Of a stretch of DNA of 64,000 nucleotides, positions 57,973-64,000 are shown in pieces (positions within the stretch are counted from its first letter, which is position 1; each line of letters begins with the position of its first letter). The stretch comes from a bacterium. GTDB taxonomy: Bacteria > JAJRZV01. Where the stretch lies: positions 159 to 64,158 of the forward strand of contig JAJRZV010000047.1 of the NCBI GenBank assembly GCA_024275095.1, in the 5' to 3' direction. The translations under genes and the position numbers were made by a program. The notes beneath the pieces are model-generated. The model saw only the letters and a list, made by a program, of their open reading frames with translations. It did not search any database and was not told the origin of the DNA.

Positions 57973-59121
57973 ATGGACATGCAGAAAAAGAGGATGTGTT
58001 ATATTGTTTTTTTGTTCTTACTCTCCACGTGTGCACCAGAAGAAGAGGTGCATCCGTTTACCAACGGCACGGATAACAGCCACATCTATTCGGTGAAGGC
58101 ACCTCAAGTGTTTCAACCACTGATAGAACAAAACGAAGATGGGTCATATACAGTGAGCGTGAGTCTGCCTTCTCCGGGCCTTGCATTCCCGGGGGCAAGC
58201 ACCAGGACACTCAGCGGGAAGGCTGAAATAAATGTGCTGTATCTACAAAGTGTCCAGCAACGTACACTTCGCCTCCCCGCCACCCAGATTGTTCACGGCA
58301 CGCTCCTCTATCCAGAAAACACGCGCGTGAGAATTTCAAATTCCGAATTCAGAATATGGGAAGGTAGCAACGAACCATTCCCTTATCTGCAGAAAGGCAA
58401 CTACAGTGTAAAAATCCTGGAGATCAGCAACCTGACCACCAACTCACCGGCTGCGTTAATAGGGTACTCCAGCGGAAGCCGGTATGTAGAATACCTGTGG
58501 ATCATGCGCGATGGTTTTGCGTACCCTGTAGCTCAAATACGACGTGCCAAGAAGCTCGACTTTCACCTTCCGCCCCTGAGGGGCCGATACATTCTCTTTT
58601 CTTCTTCCGACTTTCTCGTAAACTCCTACATCAGGCCTGATACCGTACGTGGTGTATCCAGTGAATTCATGCTGGACGAAGGAGAAAATCCCAAAATCAT
58701 GGTCGAACTTTTCTGGCTCAGACCAATTGACATGGACCTGCACATCCTTCCTTACGGTAACATGCCTTCGGGAGGAGCATACGACTGTTACTTCGGCAAC
58801 ACCCAGACATCATGGGGATGCCAATTTCTCAATATCAACGATGCAGGTTTTGGTGAGAACCGGGGTGGACGGGGCTTTGGTTCGCCCGAGGTAGCAGTAT
58901 TGAACAATACAGTTGATGGATGGTATGTAATTGTTGCCGACGTTTACAACATGCGTGATGCAGTATGGGATATATGTTTTGTCAGCTTAAAGCACCAACA
59001 TGGTCAAACAGTGATATTCTCGCCCGTAACAGCCAACCAGACAATCACAATGGCCAAATTTCATGTAAAAAATGGCCACATTGTAGAAATTATTCCTCTA
59101 AACTCTATTACTGAAGAATAA
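57973..59121 (+). CDS. Hypothetical secreted lipoprotein
   Basis: Signal plus lipobox …FLFLLSTC|APEE. 382 aa with no recognisable domain. Confidence 0.4.
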   Translation: MDMQKKRMCYIVFLFLLSTCAPEEEVHPFTNGTDNSHIYSVKAPQVFQPLIEQNEDGSYTVSVSLPSPGLAFPGASTRTLSGKAEINVLYLQSVQQRTLRLPATQIVHGTLLYPENTRVRISNSEFRIWEGSNEPFPYLQKGNYSVKILEISNLTTNSPAALIGYSSGSRYVEYLWIMRDGFAYPVAQIRRAKKLDFHLPPLRGRYILFSSSDFLVNSYIRPDTVRGVSSEFMLDEGENPKIMVELFWLRPIDMDLHILPYGNMPSGGAYDCYFGNTQTSWGCQFLNINDAGFGENRGGRGFGSPEVAVLNNTVDGWYVIVADVYNMRDAVWDICFVSLKHQHGQTVIFSPVTANQTITMAKFHVKNGHIVEIIPLNSITEE

Positions 59122-59124
59122 CCC

Positions 59125-59814
59125 GTGGCAGGCAAAGCACCTGTATTCGACCCTATCATCAGATGGTACGATACACTCAACTCTGTTTTTTCCTTCGGCA
59201 TAGACCGGCACTGGAGAATGCTCTGCGCGCGAAAAGCTGCAGCGGCAAATGGTCATCTCTTCGTAGATATCGCAAGTGGCACAGGTAAAATGGTACATGC
59301 TTTGAAACAGGCACTTCACCACAGAAGCATCATAGTGGGAGTAGATCCCAGCAGAGCAATGATCGAGTGGGGCATAAAGAAAATGCGTTATGAGACATGT
59401 ACTGAAACACGAGTATTTGCTGTTCAGGGCATTGCTGAAAAAATCCCTCTTGCTTCACACTCGGCTTCAGCGGTTACGTGTGCATTTGGCATGAGAAACT
59501 TTACCCATCTTCGAGGAGGATTGCAGGAGATATACCGAATACTGCGTCCCTGTGGAATATTCTCTGCTGTGGAAATAACATATCCTCACCGCATTTTCAC
59601 AAAAGTGTTTTTCGGGCCTTATTTCAAATATTTTATGCCGCTGGCGGGCAACTTTCTTTCTCAATCACGCTCCTACACATACCTGCGCAATTCTGTAATG
59701 AACTTTCCCTCGAGAGAAGCACTGACAGGAATTTTAAAAGAAGTTGGTTTTAGAAAGGCTGATTATCAGGAACTCACAGGGGGAATTGCCTGTTTGTATT
59801 TCGCAATAAAGTAA
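59125..59814 (+). CDS. Class I SAM-dependent methyltransferase, UbiE/MenG (demethylmenaquinone methyltransferase)-like
   Basis: UbiE N-terminal …VFDPIIRWYDTLNSVFSFGIDRHWR… and SAM motif I VDIASGTG. Confidence 0.75.
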   Translation: MAGKAPVFDPIIRWYDTLNSVFSFGIDRHWRMLCARKAAAANGHLFVDIASGTGKMVHALKQALHHRSIIVGVDPSRAMIEWGIKKMRYETCTETRVFAVQGIAEKIPLASHSASAVTCAFGMRNFTHLRGGLQEIYRILRPCGIFSAVEITYPHRIFTKVFFGPYFKYFMPLAGNFLSQSRSYTYLRNSVMNFPSREALTGILKEVGFRKADYQELTGGIACLYFAIK

Positions 59815-59815
59815 A

Positions 59816-60751
59816 TTACGATAAATCCTGTGCGGCTGTCTCATTCATCATGCGCGAAATCACCCGAACTTTTGCTTCCAGATTGAGCATGTAAGGGGTA
59901 CGTGGTTGGGTGGTCTTTTGAGGTGTGTACTCCTCGGCAGCGATAATTTCTACAACACGTTTTTCATCGCCGTAGCGACGCAATAATTTCTCGACCTTTT
60001 CGCGAAAAGCCTCTGTTGCACGAATGCTCTCATTCATATATTCCCGGGCCTTTTTATCACTGATAACACCTCCATGGGCCAGACAGATAAACCTGGGCTG
60101 TAAATCCCGCATGCGGTAAAGAGAGTGGAGATACGCATCATAGCTGGACAAGAACTCGGGCTGAACCTCACCCGTGAGAAAGGGCACACCAACAGCTTCA
60201 CCGGCTGAAAGTGCTTCCAATTCCTCGACAAAATAGGCAACAGAACATTTCGTATGTCCGGGCACATCAAGCACGCGAATGTGAAACCTGCCGGTATCAA
60301 TGATGTCTCCTTCTTTTATTGTTCTGGAGAAAGAAAACGGTTCAAATTGAATATCTGAAGGAAGCGAAATCCCGTAATTCTCCCGTGCCTGAAGAGCGAC
60401 CTCTTCGTTAAGACGGGTTAAAAGATTCACAACCTTTTCTCTTTTTATCAGTTCAGCAGCATATTCCGATCCTCCGGCTTTAAGAGAGGGGATGCGACGC
60501 TTGAAGTACGGAATGCCTCCGCAATGATCATAATGCAGGTGTGTAATGTACACCCATTCCAGAGCCGGAGGGATCCCTAAAAGTTCTTCAAGTTGTTGAA
60601 AAATAAAAGGAGCGGTAAAACTCATGCCGGCATCCAGTAATACCGTAGCATCACCCTGGAAAAGGTACACCGGGGCGAGCATGTTACCCACGGCACGGAA
60701 CCCGTCGGCAATTCGCTCGGGAGGCACGGTAATGTCCCATACATTCTGCAC
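59816..60751 (-). CDS. MBL-fold metallo-hydrolase
   Basis: HxHxDH motif (THLHYDHCGG) plus downstream His/Asp ligands. 311 aa. Confidence 0.78.
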   Translation of the reverse strand: MQNVWDITVPPERIADGFRAVGNMLAPVYLFQGDATVLLDAGMSFTAPFIFQQLEELLGIPPALEWVYITHLHYDHCGGIPYFKRRIPSLKAGGSEYAAELIKREKVVNLLTRLNEEVALQARENYGISLPSDIQFEPFSFSRTIKEGDIIDTGRFHIRVLDVPGHTKCSVAYFVEELEALSAGEAVGVPFLTGEVQPEFLSSYDAYLHSLYRMRDLQPRFICLAHGGVISDKKAREYMNESIRATEAFREKVEKLLRRYGDEKRVVEIIAAEEYTPQKTTQPRTPYMLNLEAKVRVISRMMNETAAQDLS

Positions 60752-60855
60752 GCTTCCTTATTACCAATCCCCCGTGAACTTATCAACAGAATCCCACATC
60801 AACGTTACGAATGAATTGCAACGATACGGCTGCCGGGTGTATATTCTTCAGTCCA

Positions 60856-61544
60856 TGAAATGCCGACGTCCTATATACGAGTGGCCGGAAACACAGAGAC
60901 CACGCGAACGTGCACTTGACGAAGGAGTTGAGTCTCTTTCAGATTCAGAATTACTCGCGCTTATCATCGCAAAAGGCACGGCAGAACACAGTGCCGTTCA
61001 ACTGGGTGAAGCACTGATCCAGCGTTTCGGGTCCCTCGGAGAAATTGCCCGTCGCAACCCTGTTGAATTCATGGAAATTCCCGGTATCGGAAAGGCAAAA
61101 GCAGCTGCCATATCAGCTGCTTTTGAGATGGGACGGCGTGCACACTTACCGGATAAAGAGAAGGTTATATTGATAGGAAAACCAAGCGATGTCCATGCAT
61201 ACATGGCTCCCCGCATAGCCCACCTTCCACAGGAGACCTTCTGGGTACTACTTCTCAACACGCGCGGACGCCTTTTGCGAGCTGTAAAAATTTCTGAAGG
61301 AACACTCAATGCCACAGTAGCCCACCCCAGAGATGTCTTCAGAACGGCAATTGCTGAAAATGCCGCTTCCATTGTTCTCGTGCACAATCATCCAGGAGGG
61401 GACTCTTCCCCTTCACCAGCAGATGTGGAATTAACGCACCAGCTGGTTAAGGCTGGGGATATATTTGACATCAAAGTAGTGGATCACGTAATTATCACCA
61501 CAAATGGATACTTCTCTACAGCAGAAAAAATGGGTATTCCCTGA
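60856..61544 (+). CDS. radC: RadC-family JAB/MPN-domain protein (UPF0758)
   Basis: HhH N-terminal (…LSDSELLALIIAKGT…IPGIGKAKAAAISAAFEMGRR). JAMM-like …LVHNHPGGDSSPSPADVELT… I chose the start at the Met clear of the convergent MBL gene; the ORF-track start at 60624 overlaps it. Confidence 0.8.
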
Positions 61545-61625
61545 CGATGTCTCTCTTGCTTGACCTGACGGAGACCTCACTGTAATGTAACATCCGTTAA
61601 CACACAAGAAGCTTGGAGGCGGGCC

Positions 61626-62765
61626 ATGAAAAAAATGATGTTGCTTTCTCCAGGGCCTACAGCTGTTCCTGATCGTGTGCTAAAAGCCATGAGCGAAGCC
61701 ACCATTCACCACCGTACAAGCGTGTTTGAAGAGGTTTTCGCTCAAGCGAGGGAAGGGCTCAAAAAGGTCTTTCAGGTAAGTAGCGATGTATTGATACTTG
61801 CTTCTTCAGGCACCGGGGCAATGGAAGCATCTGTGTCCAACTTCTTCCGCAAAACAGACACCTGTGTCTATATCAATGGTGGAAAATTCGGTGAGAGATG
61901 GGGCGAAATTTTGAGAGCTTATGGTGTTAACGCGATAGAAATTTCCGTAGAATGGGGACGAGCAGCGGTAGTCGAGGAAGTCGCGAGTATAGTTGAGAAG
62001 GAGAAGCCAGCAGGGCTCTTCTTCCAGGCATCTGAAACATCTACCGGTGTAAGGCACCCCACACAGGAAATTACAAAAGCGGTTAAAGAAGTTTCACCTG
62101 ACACTCTCATCGTTGTTGACGGTATTACAGGAGTGGGAGTGTTCGATATCCGGCCTGAAGAGTGGGGGCTTGACGTTCTTGTGTCGGGGTCACAAAAAGC
62201 TTTTATGCTGCCGCCGGGCTTGAGTTTTCTGTGGGCAAGTGAAAAGGCCTGGGAGAGAGCAAATGACTCCGACCTACCCTGTTATTACTTTGACCTGAAA
62301 AAAGAAAAGAAACAACAGGCGAAAAACCAGACCGCGTATACACCGGCCATAGGACTTGTTCTCGGATTAAAGGAATCCGTATCAATGATTCTTGAGGAAG
62401 GCCTGGAAAATGTGTTTAACAGACACGCAAAATTAGCCCGTGCTGCTCGCGAGTGCATGAAAGCGCTCAGCCTGGAACTTTTTTCAGAAGTTCCGGCAGA
62501 AGGTCTTACAGCGGTGAAAAGTCCTGCTGACATTGACGGGCAAAAGGTGGTTAAGCACATGCGTGAAACGTATGGAGTCGTTATTGCAGGGGGTCAGAGT
62601 CATCTCAAGGGCAAAATTTTCCGAGTCGCTCATATGGGCTATGTATTCGAATCTGACCTTCTGGCTGGGCTCGCTGCACTGGAACACACACTTCACGACC
62701 TCGGATATCCGGTGGAGTTCGGAAAAGGCGTTGGTGCCGCAGAAAAGTCCCTCGCGGAGGGTTAA
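61626..62765 (+). CDS. Class V (AGT/SerC-type) PLP-dependent aminotransferase, probably the phosphoserine aminotransferase of this organism
   Basis: 379 aa. Class V fold signatures (…SSGTGAMEA…, PLP-Lys region …LVSGSQKAFMLPPGLSFL…). Lies directly upstream of serA. Confidence 0.75.
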   Translation: MKKMMLLSPGPTAVPDRVLKAMSEATIHHRTSVFEEVFAQAREGLKKVFQVSSDVLILASSGTGAMEASVSNFFRKTDTCVYINGGKFGERWGEILRAYGVNAIEISVEWGRAAVVEEVASIVEKEKPAGLFFQASETSTGVRHPTQEITKAVKEVSPDTLIVVDGITGVGVFDIRPEEWGLDVLVSGSQKAFMLPPGLSFLWASEKAWERANDSDLPCYYFDLKKEKKQQAKNQTAYTPAIGLVLGLKESVSMILEEGLENVFNRHAKLARAARECMKALSLELFSEVPAEGLTAVKSPADIDGQKVVKHMRETYGVVIAGGQSHLKGKIFRVAHMGYVFESDLLAGLAALEHTLHDLGYPVEFGKGVGAAEKSLAEG

Positions 62766-62767
62766 AA

Positions 62768-64000
62768 CATGGGAGAAAAATACAGAATTTTTGTTGCCGA
62801 CAAACTCCACAAAAAAGGCGTGGAATTGCTGGAAGCACAATCGGATTTTGAAGTGGTTGTAAAACCGGGGCTTGGCGAAGACGAACTATGTGAAGCCATC
62901 AAGGGGATGCACGCTGTCATTGTGAGAAGCGGAGTCAAAATCACCGGGAAAGTTATTGAAGCTGCTGATGTACTGCGGGTTATCGGGCGTGCAGGGATAG
63001 GTGTTGACAATATAGATGTTGCAAAAGCTACTGAACGTGGCATCCTGGTAATGAACAATCCAAGTGGTAATGCTGTCACAACAGCAGAACACGCCATAGC
63101 ACTCATGTTCGCTCTTGCACGTCGCATCCCCCAGGCCCATGCCTCCGTCACATCAGGAAAATGGGAACGAAGCAAGTTTCAGGGTACAGAACTAAGCGGC
63201 AAAATACTGGGCATTGTAGGTCTGGGAAACATCGGCAGTATCGTCGCAGAAAAAGCCGTTGGACTGGGACTCACTGTTATTGCACATGATCCATATGCTT
63301 CAGAAGAGGCTGCCAGGCGTCTCGGGGTAAAACTGGTCAGTTTTGATGAACTTCTCGAGCAGGCCGATATCATCACGCTTCACGTACCTCTTACAGAAAA
63401 TACAAAAGGGCTCATCGGGTCAAAAGCTCTTTCAAAAATGAAAGAAAGAGCCCTTCTGATTAACTGTGCCCGAGGCGGGGTTGTAGATGAAGAAGCTCTT
63501 GTTGAAGCACTGAAAGGAGGACGCATTGCTGGTGCTGCTATTGACGTTTACAGTCAGGAGCCACCCTCGCCCGACCATCCGCTGTTTTCATTAGAGAATG
63601 TGGTGTGCACACCCCATCTTGGTGCCTCAACACGAGAGGCTCAGGAGAATGTGGCTATAGGCATCGTGCAACAGATTACAGATTTTCTGCGCAAGGGCAT
63701 AATACGTCATGCGGTCAACATGCCGTCCATATCGCCCGAGGCATTTGAAGCCATACGGCCCTACACGTTCCTGATCGAGAAACTGGGCCGATTTGTGGCT
63801 CTCATGAAGGAAGAAGGAATTACCGCCGTATCTGTAAAGTATGCAGGTGATGTGGCCAAACATGACTGTACACCTCTCAACTTCTACCTGATGAAAGGGA
63901 TCTTGCAGCCGGCACTGGGAGAAAAAGTGAGTTTAGTCAATGCACAGCAGTTGTTCCGCGAACGAAGCATCAGGTTTACAGAATCAAAAACCGAAGCTCA
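62768..64000 (+). CDS. serA: D-3-phosphoglycerate dehydrogenase (SerA), 3'-truncated by window end
   Basis: Not in the ORF track because it has no stop. ATG at 62768. 2-hydroxyacid DH NAD motif GIVGLGNIGSIVA. Catalytic …HVPLT…NCARGG…D…CTPHLGAST…. Confidence 0.85.

Noticed and set aside
60624-60855. N-terminal 77-aa extension of the radC ORF
   Set aside because: It overlaps the 3' end of the convergent MBL-hydrolase gene and is non-conserved. RadC-like proteins are ~225 aa, which fits a start at 60856.

Overview
This is a 64 kb chromosomal window from a probably anaerobic, sigma-54-using bacterium. I infer that from the multiheme cytochrome c, NrfD/FeS redox modules, a Tat signal and MMPL/DegT content; the taxon cannot be fixed from sequence alone. 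Coding density is high, with about 55 CDS, two tRNAs and no CRISPR.

Content from start to end:
- ClC channel with CBS domains.
- CobN-type class I chelatase plus a ChlI/ChlD fusion, with a divergently transcribed Memo-like gene.
- Housekeeping genes ispG, murJ, OsmC, GGCT-like and a LarA-like gene.
- A small K/A-repeat histone H1-like gene.
- A TetR-led beta-oxidation-like block: two acyl-CoA dehydrogenases, two SCP-x-type thiolases and two DUF35 Zn-ribbon/OB-fold genes. The block is punctuated by a duplicated intergenic leader module.
- An octaheme c-type cytochrome.
- A DegT / TPP-enzyme / alkaline-phosphatase-superfamily block.
- A two-component system (heme-motif sensor kinase, archaemetzincin, sigma-54 NtrC-type regulator) lying next to a five-gene operon.
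- A decayed IS3-family transposase remnant.
- A TetR-MMPL-LolA-like-OMP export operon.
- A transporter-HEAT-cNMP fusion protein, then tRNA-Gly(GCC), pgsA, a TPR/acidic-linker protein, a lytic transglycosylase and tRNA-Leu(UAA).
- ubiE/menG-like, MBL hydrolase, radC, a class V aminotransferase and a 3'-partial serA.

The most interesting candidate system is the five-gene operon on the minus strand at 40358-44600. Three membrane- or Cys-anchored glycine-cleavage H-protein-like (lipoyl-carrier-fold) paralogs bracket a Tat-exported 4x[4Fe-4S] subunit and an NrfD/PsrC-type quinone-interacting membrane subunit. The operon sits behind a near-consensus sigma-54 promoter. I do not recognise this gene combination as a described respiratory module.
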